A stretch of DNA of 63,686 nucleotides, filler included, from Octopus bimaculoides (GCF_001194135.2; 9 parts of 7 records of this genome joined end to end with filler, not necessarily neighbours in it), one strand, 5' to 3'; shown: positions 12,420-24,250, counted from the first letter of the whole stretch. Notes: a model not told the origin generated them from the sequence alone. Numbers and translations: made by a program.

Positions 12420-13800
12420 TAAATATTTCCAACATCATGTTTGGTCTAATTCTTTCATATCTATGTCTTTATCTAATATGATGTTAGCGTTTTTAATTTT
12501 TCTTTCTTCAAGTTTACGTAGGTGTATTTTTCTAATTCGAATCTCATCAATTCATCTCGTAAATATGTTCCCTATATATGAATTTTTCTGGTTAACATTT
12601 GCAGCGTCATCTATTTGAGGTCATCTGTTTACAAACTGTGGCTCATTTTCTTCTCAGCATTTTAAAAAGAATTCCGTCTTGTTTAACATGCCGGACAAGG
12701 TGTTAAAAACAAAGGGATATGTAGTTTTTAGTTTTTAGTTTTTACAGTTCCTTCTTTTTACCTTTTATCTGCAAAATTACCATTTACTCATGGGATGTCT
12801 TATGTATCTTCTTATAACTGGTACCGCTTTACTCGACACTAATGTTTCTAGGATTTCCTTGTGCTCAGATCCTTCTTTCTATTTGTACAGTTTTTAGTTA
12901 TAGCTTCATTGATCAGTATTTAACTTTTATATTCATATCGGCTTTCTCAGCATCTATTCTGGTTCATTAGAAAAAATGTTTATAGTCCACGTTCTTACTT
13001 ATCTCTATGATATTACTGCAATTTAATCTTTGAGAATTGAATAGAATACAGGTTATAGGTATGTAATTTCCAAGGCTTTGGGTTTCTTTAATCGTGCCGA
13101 TTTAGATTATTTTCTACTTAGGTGTTACTTAGGTGTTATCTCTGGTTCAGCCAGCGTCTTATTAAAATTCTCTGCTATCGCTGTATGTGCTCCTATTTGA
13201 CGCCGAGATGGCAGAATCGTTACTGCGTCGGAGAAAGTGGTTAATGGCCTTTCTTCTTATTTTATGTTCTGAGTACAAATGCCTCTGGGGATGACTCTGC
13301 TTTTCATCCTTCCGGGGTCGATAAAATAAGTACCAGATTAATGCTGAGGTCGATGTAATCTATTTATCTCCTCCCTCGAAATTGCCGAACTTGTGCTAAA
13401 ATTTGAGTACAATATTTCAACTGTAAGTTTGGAATCTTATCTTTTCTGTTGTCGACGAGTTTTTTTTTTGTTTTTTTTTCTGCTGCAGCATGTAGAAAAC
13501 TTCTTGTGCTCAGATGGTGCTTTTGTTGCTTAGAACACCCTCGTCTGTGCGGCTTCCTTCGTTATCTTTACTTATTCTTGGAACCTACTTTTCTTACTGT
13601 GATGCTGTATTGATTTCTATCTTATTTTTGCCTAGTTCTTAGTAAAGGTCGTTGGCGTCGGAATCAGATTGTTTGTTTTGTTTAAAAATCGTTGTCGATT
13701 TTCACTACGACAGATTATTTGCGATTTAGTGAAGCTCTCTTGTTTCAGACGGTCATTGATTTCCAGTATATATATTTTATTATATTTCTGTAGAATTTGT
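12420..13800 (-). mobile_element. R4/Dong-type non-LTR retrotransposon RT relic
   Basis: Minus-strand motifs in RT order: FKQNKQ..LY*ELG; GNYIPITCI (NYRPITCL); SYKKIHKTSHE*M (DYKKAYDSVPHSW); LSGMLNKT; SHSL*TDDLK (SHLLYxDDLK). Heavily decayed. Confidence 0.75.
13198..13410 (+). mobile_element. SINE family B nested in the minus-strand LINE
   Basis: gagatggcagaatcgttac..ccttccggggtcgataaaataagtaccag..cttgtgctaaaattt. Confidence 0.8.
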
Positions 13801-16599
13801 CTTTTCCTCTATTTCGCCAGTTGTGTCTTTTCGCTATTGATTTCATTAAGGTTTAGCGATCATTATATTCTGTCAACTCTGAAGCTTTGCTTTCCACGTT
13901 GTTTCTTATTTTTATATTCCAATATGAGTAAACCTGAATAAGTGCATACTTTACTTTATAACAATTGTGGCTTCTGTGTATATTATTTTGTTTATCATGG
14001 TGATATTGATATTCGTGTCTATTTTAATTATGTCTGAGATAGCCAGGTTTTTTTTCATTGTTATTGCTCATTAATTGTTAACATTTACAGATACTTTTGT
14101 TGCTCCATAGATGTTCTATTGACTTCAATTCTTTAACTATTTCTATTTTATATTATTGCCATATTTATAAATTTTATTTGTAGAACTTTCTATTCTTATG
14201 TATTTCTCACATTCCCTTTCATTTTTTGTTTGTGTTGTTCGATTTTTGTTGGTCAATAATTTTTTACCTTCTACGGTTTGATTTTATTGTGTTGTTATTT
14301 ATGTTCTGTACACATTTTGGTTCTATTTTCATTTTTCATGTTCATTTTAGATTGTTCAGTTTTGTTCGTCATTTATACTTTTTAGAATATTCTGTTTTCT
14401 AAGTCTGATGATTTTTCAGTTGAAAAAATTTTCATAAATTAGCTAGTCTGTTTACATTCAGATTTGCTTTTAGATCGGGTTTCTTTTCCCTAAAATTTTA
14501 TACGGATATTTGTCGTAATTTCGTTACAAAGATAGGACATTGCAGCAAAATTTGCGTGTTGCATACGAAAGATACTTCAATTTGTTCCTTTATGCCTGTT
14601 TCTGCTTTAATTGAGAGATTGAGGGAGTAAAATCTGGCCTTTTATTATCGTTATTTTTATCAGGTACTAATCTATTTGTTTCTGGCAACGCCAAGTTTTG
14701 TTTGCTCCGTCTTTCGCATTTTTTATTGCATCAAATTCATGTATGTTGGAGTAAATGGCGCGGTATCTCTTTTAAAGTGTTTGTCATTTTATGTGTGGAT
14801 TCTCTGAATCTCTCTGACGAGATTTAACTTACGGTCCGTCAGTTACTATACGCATGAGAGCCAATCGCCGACCTAGTATTAACAATTACAATACCTTGCT
14901 TATATGAGGGGAAACAATAAAACTTCACTAATAGGCTTGTACTATTTATTCATACATTCTTCAGAAAATATCCATACCTTCTGAATCTAGTGACATTAAT
15001 GCTGATAACTTTCCTCCTGAACAGTTTCAGTAGACTGACCGTGCAAGAATACGCACAATGAGAGGAATCTAGAAGAATGACATTGTAGGGAAGAAGGACG
15101 TGGTGTGGGGATTAACAAGGTTCCTGTGGAGATTAACACAATATTGATAATTAAAGAAGATACAAGTGAATCTGGAGTACTTGAGAGCAGTTATTTCTCA
15201 GGAATAGAGGCCCCTGTGGTAACAGTAGAACTGATAAAGTGGGGTGACAGCAAAACTACAAGCCAAAGTTTGGAATGTGCATGTGAGGGGTCTCATTTCA
15301 ATCAATAAAGGAACTATTTTGTAATGTTGTGATGTAGAATGTCTATGTATGTAGCAGTAGACTGCCCCAAATGTAAGGGTAGAAATCCATTGTGGCTGTC
15401 ACTTGAACTGGGTTTAGAGTTTAATAGTCATTAAAGGATGAAGAACGTTTTGCTCCAAAGATTCGGTTTAGTTTTTGTGTTACAATCTTTGCTTTGTTGT
15501 GGATGTATGTTCATCAGAAGACATCTACAGTAACAGTTAAATCTTACATTTGAAACTTGGATGAGCTCGAGTTTTTACCTCGTTTAACATTTTATTTTAA
15601 ATCACATCGGTTATTTACTCGTTTGATGACATTTGGAGCTTAGAGTCATCAACATTTTTTTATTTTCATTTTTACTGTCTTTGAGGAAATTTGTGATGTC
15701 ATTTATATAAATAATAAAATGAAGTGCACCCAACATAACACTCTACAAGATACCAAAAAGAGTTTTTGTTGGGTTTGAGGTAATGTCTTCATTGACAATA
15801 TGTTGGGTTTTGTTTATCAGGAAATATTTAATCTACTGCATATATATTAGACTTCACTCACAAGGCTTTGGTCGATCCTGGCTTATGGTAGAAGACGATT
15901 ACTCTACGTACTGCATATTAGGATTAATGAAATGAACTTCTTAGTCATACAGCCTTGCCTGTACTCAGAGTTTTTCTTTTATAATTATATTTTTCTCTCA
16001 AAGGCTTGAGTCGACCGAAGAGTACAATAAGTTTATTCTAAGACCAGCCTAAGCCTTGTAAACCAAATTGGATTAGCGGAATGACTACATTTTGAGGAAG
16101 AGGGTAGGGTAAAATATATCTACCACTTAGCCACTTAGTATCTTTGGTAGAGTCCAATTTGTTGCAAGTACTCAGACCAGATCATGTGTCTGATAAAAAC
16201 TAGTCTCGACCAGTTTCTGTGTTGTTAAAAATATCATAGTTTTGGCCTTTCCTTCTAGATAGGACAGCATTTTTTTTATCCTTTCATAAAAGTCCACTGT
16301 GGCTCATATTTCATCTGTCAAAAAATTCTGCGAGTGAGAAATTGATAGTTTCTGTAATGAGAGATTAGACACAACTTCAATGTTGTTGGATGTTGTGGTA
16401 GAAACAACAGAAGACTATTGTGTCTTTTTTAATATATTAAAGTGCTCTGTTGTACATAAATATAAACTATGCCACCCCTTACCCACATCACATCACCCAT
16501 GCTTTAACGTTCTATCAAATCACTGTGAGGTAGCAAAGGATCATCTATACAATCGCTCTTCCAGCTAGAAATAACAACCAAGTCTTTCTCAAGTTACCC

Positions 16600-18170
16600 T
16601 CTATCATTTAAAACAAAAACGGGTTTATTGTGTGGTTCCTGAGCAGAGTGTGCTTGAGAAAAAGACATGATAATCATAGCGTTACATTTGGAACACCACC
16701 TATCGATCTGCCTCATCATCAAATTTGAAAAGTACAACCAGAATAGTCCGGCAATTCTATTTATTTTGACATTATATCCGTTATCATTTCTACTACAAAA
16801 ATCCAATGGTCACATGCTAGGTTCTACATATAACACATAATTTCTTTTGTGGACGACTTGGAGATCTATGCTAAAAGTTTAGAATGTCAAGAAACATTTG
16901 GAGTTTTTTAACATTTTTACCTGATATATGAATGGAATTTGGCCAAAAGAAGTGTTCGGATTTAATTGTTGAACGCAGAAACTCAGTCCTCCAGTCCCAA
17001 AACCTGTGCACAAAGGATCTCTCAATCCCTCCTGTTCCACACAAGAATGCTACATATTCATAGGCATTAATGAAAACATCATACGAAGGTGTTGAAAATA
17101 AAGATAGAGTGACCCGAAAATATTATACCAGACGTAGAAAAAATATTGGAAACAGAGCTCTCTCCTTACCAGACAATATTCCACAACGCTCTCGTGGTAC
17201 CATTGCTGACACCAACATCTGGTGTATGCGACTGGTCAGTAGAGGAAAACCACTCCAATGATATTAAAAACTCGCAAGATCCTGACATCAACTGAAAACT
17301 TCCACAAAAACAATGATATTTACAGGCTCTTCATTAGAAGAAATTATGGAGGTAGAGGATTCAGATCAGTGCAGGCAGCCTTCGTATGTCGTATAGTATC
17401 TCTCAGACACTACTTGCTGAACAACCCCAGCAAAAATAAATATATAAACTTAGTGCTGAAAAGACAAGCGGACAACATTCTACGTGTCGGCAAGTGAGCC
17501 TCTCTAAAAGTATTCTCTTCCTGATTATCTTCCATACAACTCCAAAACAGCCGGACTAACATACCTTAAAGAAGACCTGCATGTGAAAAGCTCATCATAC
17601 GAAATAAAAATATTTTTAAAAGGTTATGCATGGGTATGTTTTCCGCAGATTTGATGGCATCAAAATCGATTTTGAATTTTGGCACAAGGCCAGCAATTTA
17701 GGGGAGGGGGTAAATCGATTACACCGACCCCAGAGTTTAAATGGTACTTATTTTATCGACCCCCAAAAGGATGAAAGGCAAAGTCGACCGCAGCGGGATT
17801 CGAATTCAGAAATTAAGGACGGAAGAAATGCCGCTATGCATTTTGTCTGGGTGTGTTAACGATTCTGCCAGATCGCCGCCTTAAAGATGACATTAATATC
17901 GACATGAAATTAGGGTTTCTTAGACTCGTTACCGCTACATCACACTTCGAAAACAATGCATTTCCAATCCAAGAGTAAGAGATTACAACAAAATATCTTA
18001 TAAAAACAGTTGAAGTTTCTGGAGTGCCAAGATGCAACCCAAAATGTCGATTATGTCACATTGCTGTAGAATGCATCACACGTGATCTGTAACATCACCA
18101 AAATGTCATTAAGGTACTACCGCCTAATTTGACATGACGTTATCGCAAAGCAATATACAATGTCAACTGC
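16600..18170 (+). mobile_element. R4/Dong-type non-LTR retrotransposon relic (RT to Zn-knuckle)
   Basis: LFILTLYPLSFLL; ITHNFFVDDLEIYAK; MEFGQKKC; KTRKILTSTENFHKNNDIYRLFIRRNYGGRGF; MHG; AFPIQE*EITTKYL; PKCRLCHIAVECIT..PKMSLRYY..HDVIAKAIYN. Confidence 0.85.
17660..17885 (-). mobile_element. SINE family B nested in the plus-strand LINE
   Basis: ttttggcacaaggccagcaatt..ttttatcgacccccaaaaggatgaaaggcaaagtcgacc..gatcgccgcctta. Confidence 0.85.
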
Positions 18171-18430
18171 AAAGAAAAAGGAATATCAAAGAAAAAGAAG
18201 ATGACTACGGACAACAACTTTGAATCCTTCAGCTTCCATATCCAAATTATGAATTTGCATTTATACCAATAATAACTAATGCATTCGGTTTTGTCATTTC
18301 CATTCCTCCTATGGAGTTTTGTATCTTCGTTAGAAAGTGGCTCCTTACTGACGAGAAGACTTTAAATAATTAAAAATGGAAGACAACATACATACATACA
18401 ATTCTATATTTAAGAAATGAGGAATTATGT

Positions 18431-18575
18431 ACATTATTTACATTATTTACATTCGACGGATATTTGTCCTCATCTTGTTTGTTGTTAACGCAACGTTTCG
18501 GATGATAAACCCTCCAGCCTTCATCAGGTCTCTTGGAGAAATTTCAAACCTGGGTTCTCATTCCTAAAGTATTTT
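18431..18575 (-). mobile_element. Inverted copy of the hammerhead-bearing SINE tail
   Basis: Reverse complement matches 18753-18888 (ttaggaatgagaac..gaaattt..ctgatgaaggctggaggg..gaaacgttg..gatgaggacaaat..gtaaataatgtaaataat). Confidence 0.85.
18487..18532 (-). ncRNA. Minimal type-I hammerhead motif (core intact, helix I broken)
   Basis: Minus strand GAGAC CTGATGA A GGCTG gagggtttat CATCC GAAA CGT T GCGTT. Confidence 0.6.
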
Positions 18576-18577
18576 AG

Positions 18578-18715
18578 GCCCACGAGCATATGGCGTAGTG
18601 GTTAAGAGCTCGGGCGACTAACCCCAAGATTCTGAGTTCGATTCCAAGCAGTGAACTGAACAATAACAACAATAATAATGATAATAATAATAATAATAAT
18701 AATGATGATGATGAA

Positions 18716-18749
<34 letters not shown>

Positions 18750-18888
18750 TCGAAAAATACCTTAGGAATGAGAACTCAGTTTCGAAATTTCCCCCAAAAC
18801 ACCTGAAGAAGGCTGGAGAGTATATCAGTCACAAAACGTTGTGTTAACAAGAAACAAAATGAGGACAAATGTAAATAATGTAAATAAT
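18578..18888 (+). mobile_element. tRNA-headed SINE with (AAT)n linker and hammerhead-containing 3' tail
   Basis: A-box TGGCGTAGTGG, B-box GAGTTCGATTCC, (AAT)n, then a tail ending in (GTAAATAAT)n. Confidence 0.85.
18798..18845 (+). ncRNA. Minimal type-I hammerhead motif (helix I intact, GAAA mutated)
   Basis: AACAC CTGAAGA A GGCTG gagagtatat CAGTC acAAAA CGT T GTGTT. Confidence 0.55.
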
Positions 18889-18936
18889 ATAAATAACATA
18901 TATACGTACTTATACGTTAACTATATATATATACAC

Positions 18937-18995
<59 letters not shown>

Positions 18996-19194
18996 TACGC
19001 ATATATCTATACATATATATATACACATATATATGCATATATATATATACATATATATACATATATATATACATACATATATATATATATATATNNNNNN
19101 NNNNNNNNNNNNNNNNNNNNNNNNNNNNNNNNNNNNNNTTAATTAATTAANNNNNNNNNNNNNNNNNNNNNNNNNNNNNNNNNNNNNNNNNNNN

Positions 19195-19680
19195 GGACAA
19201 AATCCAAAATTACAGGTAGAAAACTCAATTAAAATCAATTTATAAAAAATTAAAATTAAATTGAGCCTTATAGATAAAGTATATATAAAATATATATAGT
19301 TTTAGGGAAAATAACCAATTTTCAAGAACTCATCGATGAAAATCCACTATCACATATAGAAAGATTAATAATTAAAAGCACAATAAATGAGTATAATATA
19401 AACTAAAGTAAATATCATAAGATAAATATAATATATATATATATAATTATGATAATAATATCAGGGATAAAAATCTAAATTTACAGGGAAAAATTCAAAT
19501 TTTAATTTATCAAAATTGAAATCAAATTAAATTTCACAATATATAATATATAAATATATAACTTAGAGAAAAAACCCACAATTATTGAATTCATCTATGA
19601 AAATCCACAGTCACATATAGAAAAATTTAATAAGTAGATACACTAAAAAGACCTATAATAAAAATACAAGGTACTAAATA
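19195..19680. repeat. Diverged tandem duplication, about 260-270 bp unit, very AT-rich
   Basis: ggacaaaatccaaaattacagg (19195) vs gggataaaaatctaaatttacaggg (19464); atgaaaatccactatcacatatagaaa (19336) vs atgaaaatccacagtcacatatagaaa (19597). Confidence 0.75.
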
Positions 19681-20232
19681 TTAAAATAATAAAACGACTA
19701 TACGTGTTTCATAACTACATTTTCAAATAGAAAATAAAATAAAAATCAAATCGATTAACAATATATCGATCGAAAATCATTTCTATTCAAAATTCTATTA
19801 CAATGCTAACGAAATATCTTTTTATATAAATTTATCCATCATAAAGAGGACTGCTGGAAATATAGCGATAGGAACCAATACACCAGTCCTCCTTTCCAAA
19901 CGCAACTAAAGCTTATGTACCAGGGAACATGTATGTATGGGAATGCTTATGTACACATATGTGCATGTATGTATGTATGTGTGGGTGGGTATATATATGT
20001 GTCCTTATGTTTAATAACAATAACAATTGACTCATTGGTGTGCATGTAAAGACGTTTATGTACACTTAAGTGTACATATATATATTCATGTATTTATGTT
20101 TATTTATTTATGTATATCTATATATGTCAGAGTATGCATGCATATGCATATATATGTGAGTTTTTATGATTTTTATGTGTTTTTATATGTCTATATTTCT
20201 ATATTGTAAATTAACTCCATGAACTTTGTAAA

Positions 20233-20363
20233 TCTCTGAAGAGGCCTAGAGAACCATACATGTACCTCTATTTTCATCCATTTCATCTATCAATTACTCC
20301 AGTTTACTGGAGTTATATAGATAGAATGAGGCAGTTCACCACTAGGCTGAAATAGCTGTAAGA
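20233..20363 (+). ncRNA. Type-I hammerhead ribozyme motif with intact core and about 90-nt helix-II extension
   Basis: TCT CTGAAGA GGCCTAG [92 nt] CTAGGCT GAAA TAGCTG TA AGA. Helix I is 3 bp, helix II is 7 bp, helix III is near-palindromic. Predicted GUA cleavage after 20360. Confidence 0.7.
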
Positions 20364-20811
20364 CATCGTCCCTTTTCGGTTACTAGATGTCTCTTTTAAT
20401 TTTTATTACTGATATGACATAATATGTCATATGTGTTTGTTTTTTGTTTTTATTGTCCTCTTAGTTGAAAAATAAACAGGTAAATTGACATAATACAATG
20501 TCTGCAAGTTGATGAGTACCACATATCCCCTCCATTTTCTTATTGCTTCATAAATTAAGGGTAAAATTTCCTTTTCCCCGCAGCCATTTATTGCACTCGG
20601 TAAAACACTTGTGTAATAGTAATTGGGTATCCCTCTGGCAGTATATTGAATAGATATTATCCCTCATTAGTTTGAATTCACAACCCCTAACTTTCTTGGA
20701 TATGCAAATATNNNNNNNNNNNNNNNNNNNNNNNNNNNNNNNNNNNNNNNNNNNNTTAATTAATTAANNNNNNNNNNNNNNNNNNNNNNNNNNNNNNNNN
20801 NNNNNNNNNNN

Positions 20812-21063
20812 GGCACATAAAAGACACCATTTCGAGTGTGGCCGTTGCCAGTATCGCCTGACTGGCCTTCGTGCAGGTGACACGTAAAAGTACCTACTAC
20901 ACTCTCTGAGTGGTTGGCATTAGGAAGGGCATCCAGCTGTAGAAACTCTGCCAAATTTAGATTGGAGCCTGGTGTTGCCATCCGGTTTCACCAGTCCTCA
21001 GTCAAATCGTCCAACCCATGCTAGCATGGAAAGCAGACGTTAAATGATGATGGTGATGATGAT
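20812..21063 (+). mobile_element. SINE/LINE-tail family C with (GAT)n tail
   Basis: gagtggttggcattaggaagggcatccagctgtagaaac..ccaacccatgctagcatggaaagcagacgttaaatgatgatg. Confidence 0.7.
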
Positions 21064-21647
21064 AACATTAGCTAGTTAAATTAGGTCTTCTAATCTGGAT
21101 GGTAACAGTTATGATGTTACTATTGTGTAGTTCTAAGCACAGTTATATAGTTTACAGTAATGATAATTTGGCATGAACTTGCATTTTATAACCAAAATGC
21201 TTGTGTGTCTGTATAGGTGTATGCATGAGGTTTGCTTCCTAATCACAGGGTTCCCTCTGTGACACCCTGAGCAAATATATTCTTTTATAACCCCAGGCTG
21301 ACCAAAGCCTTGTGAGTGGGTTTGGGAGACAGAAACAGGAATCAACTGGGTGCTTCTGATAACTAAATCCAGAGAAAAAATTAAATGGGAGATGGGTTGA
21401 CGCATAAAACTTTTAAATCTTTGACAAAGTATCCTACCAACAATAACAGTTCTAAATAGTAAACTGGATCCTTTTAAATCAGTGAGATCTTAGTTTTAAA
21501 CTATGTACAATAGATATGCATAAATCATTTCCACATGTTTTTTAAATTTTTTTATTATGTTCTAACATAAGTTAAACAGGTTGTCACAATCATAATTTTT
21601 ATTTGAAGTTACAACCTTCTTACATAGGTCAGCGGACCATGTTTCAC

Positions 21648-21694
21648 CTGCTTGTCTCAGCTTTTGGCATGGCTTCTAAAGTTGGAAGCCATTC
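21648..21694 (-). CDS. Exon of unidentified minus-strand gene (EWLPTLEAMPKAETS; phase 0-2)
   Basis: gattttag|GAATGG..AGCAG|gtgaaa. In frame with the preceding exon. Confidence 0.55.
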
Positions 21695-21999
21695 CTAAAA
21701 TCATCCACTAGGTGCATTTTATTGTGACACCAGCACTAGTGAGGTTTCATAGTACCTCACATGACTAAAAGGCATCCCCCCACTACTCAAAGAAGGAGAC
21801 TAGAAGTGAGGATAATAACAAAGTTTGTGCTTTCAGTGAGATGGTAAGAGAAACAAAAGTATGAGAGGAAGAACAAAGTTATTGGTGTGATATTAATTTT
21901 CAGCAAACTACTTTGTTATGAGGATTACTAAAATTACTAAAAATTATTTCAAAATATATCATGATATTAAAGTATATCTGTACAACAAGCTATGCTTAC

Positions 22000-22053
22000 G
22001 CACAATGTTCCTTCATCTATTGACCATAACTCTGCCATATGGAAATAATATAG
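22000..22053 (-). CDS. Exon (LYYFHMAELWSIDEGTLC; phase 0-0)
   Basis: ttccttttatatctactcattccag|CTATAT..TTGTGC|gtaagc. Strong sites at both ends. Confidence 0.7.
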
Positions 22054-23049
22054 CTGGAATGAGTAGATATAAAAGGAATATTCATATGGCATTTTAGAAT
22101 ATTTAAAGCAACATGCAATCAATGGAGTTACTGCAGCTGAAAATGAGTTACTCACAGATATCATTAGTGACTTGAGCATATTTATGGGAATGATAATGTG
22201 GACAGATCAGTAGCAAGTCTTCAAAACTCAAAGTTTAGAAACTAATAACCCTGACAATTTAGATTTTGATGAAAAGTGTATTCAGAAGTATTTATCACTG
22301 TCATTATCATCATCATCATCTTTTTAACATTTACTTATATATATCTACACTTTTGCATATACATACATACATTTAGCATGGGTCAGATGAATTTGTTCAT
22401 ACAGCTTTCCTACTGCCAGTTGCTATTCTACTTGTCAAACTTCACCTCCAAGTAATTATTTCATCTAGTCCTTCAAACACAAGCAGCATAATGGTGAGAC
22501 ACATTTTCACAGGATATTACACGACACATCTTGTATGATGATGGTGTGTGTTTACAATAAGTATGTAATATGCTCTCTCTCTTCCTTACTCACAAACACA
22601 TGCAAATGCATGCATATACATATACTGAGATTTTTTCAGTTTCTTTCAACCATATCCACTCACGAGACTATGTTTGGCCTCAGGCTACAGTAGACAGTAT
22701 TTGCCCATAGTACTATGCAGTGGGATGGCACCCAAAACCATGAGGTTGTGAAGCATACTTGTTAACCACACAGCCATGCCTTCACTTATGATAGGAATTG
22801 ATGAAAATTCATTATCTTTCATCTTTTACTTGTTTCTGTCATGGGATTGCGACCATGCTGGGGCATGTCCATGAAGGGTTTAGTCAAACAAATCAACCCC
22901 AGTACTTATTTCATTGTAAGCCTGGTACTTATTCTGTCAGTCTCTTTTCTAAACTACTAAGTTACGGGAACATAAACAAACCAACACTGGTTGTCAATCG
23001 GTGGTGTGAGAGAGGTACAAAGGCATGTGCGTATGCACACGTACACACA

Positions 23050-23590
23050 CAAGGTGTTTGGGCTAAATTTGATGATTCTTATGTCTCCTTTTCTCAGAAA
23101 AAGCTTGATGTATTGATGAATAGTCAGTGGAGAGATTTAAGTTGCAGCTGAGAAAAAGTTAGTTGACATGGAATGGAGGATTGGAAACCATCAGAATATT
23201 GGGAAAGAGTTATCTGAATCATGGTGATGTGTGCCAGGTATCAAAATGCCACCATCATGGCTGTTGCTCAGTGCTATGTGAACACTGTAAAGGCTGCATG
23301 ATATGACTTGAACAGCTGCAACAGAAACTACAAAGCCATGGCTAACAGAAAGGGACACTGCAGGTGTTCTGATTGTATCCACATGCTAGAATTCATCCCC
23401 AAATTTTGAATAGGGCCTCAGGCTCAATTCAGATTGCTATGTGAAGCTGCTTGAGATTGTGGTCAAACCCTGGCTGAAAGGGTTACTGCTGGAATGCTGT
23501 ATGTGTAGCAGCAGCATTCAGCTCCTTGCCATACCTCCAGAGAGTCAGAAGTGATTGTCAGAGAATTTCTATGACAAAACTGTGGTGGGA
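23050..23590 (+). mobile_element. Tc1/mariner transposase relic (intronic)
   Basis: PNFE*GLRLNSDCYVKLLEIVVKPWLK..QQHSAPCHTSRESE..LSENFYD matches the GLRLNxDxYxxxLxxVVKPW..QQDSAPxH region. Confidence 0.75.
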
Positions 23591-23842
23591 ACTGAGGAAG
23601 GCTACTTTTGAGTAAACTACTATCTCCCAGCCATAATCTAATTGATATTAAAAATTTTTTTTTTAAATACTTTCTTTTTTGGATGGGATATTGGGTTTTT
23701 TTCTTTTTTTTGGATGGAATATTGGGTTTTCTTTTCCTTTTATGCAGACTTAAATTTAGCCCAAAACACCCTGCATACTTTTGCCACCACATGTAGTATC
23801 TGAAAACATGATATACATACAATAATTATAATTCTATTTTAC

Positions 23843-24069
23843 CATTGTTTTTGTCTCCTTTTTCTGTGCGGTGCAACAAAGATGACTTTGTTGCTTCTCT
23901 TTTTCAGTTTGTTCCATCATTAGCTTCATGAAACAAGTAATTAAAAAGTTTTTACACATACACCTGATTGACATTCTTTTCGCTTGATAATATGGTAAAT
24001 ATGATATGCTTGTTTGAAGATGGTTTATAACTTGTTGAGATTTTTTAATTGTTAATAAAACAGCAATTC
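23843..24069 (-). CDS. Exon (IAVLLTIKKSQQVINHLQTSISYLPYYQAKRMSIR..KKETKTM; phase 1-0)
   Basis: T-rich tract ..ttataag|GAATTG..ACAATG|gtaaaa. 227 nt stop-free. An internal donor CAG|gtgtat at 23963 cannot be excluded. Confidence 0.55.
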
Positions 24070-24210
24070 CTTATAATTGCAAAGGAAAAACAAAAAAAAA
24101 AAAAATTTGAAAATAGGATAAAATACCGACTGCTGTTATTTCTTATTAATTTTCTTGTTCAGTAGTCAACTACTGAAAACTTTTAACATGCTATAAGATA
24201 TCATGCGTAC

Positions 24211-24250
24211 TTAAATCGTGTGTCACTCGCACTTCTACTTCTGTCATTGG
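24211..24250 (-). CDS. Exon (PMTEVEVRVTHDL; phase 0-1)
   Basis: tgtttctttttgtctactccatgtgtaacag|CCAATG..GATTTAA|gtacgc. Supplies exactly the phase needed to join the flanking exons. Confidence 0.65.

Noticed and set aside
14812-14850. CTGACGA with a CTGACG/CGTCAG hairpin
   Set aside because: No GAAA or cleavage site. Just a short inverted repeat.
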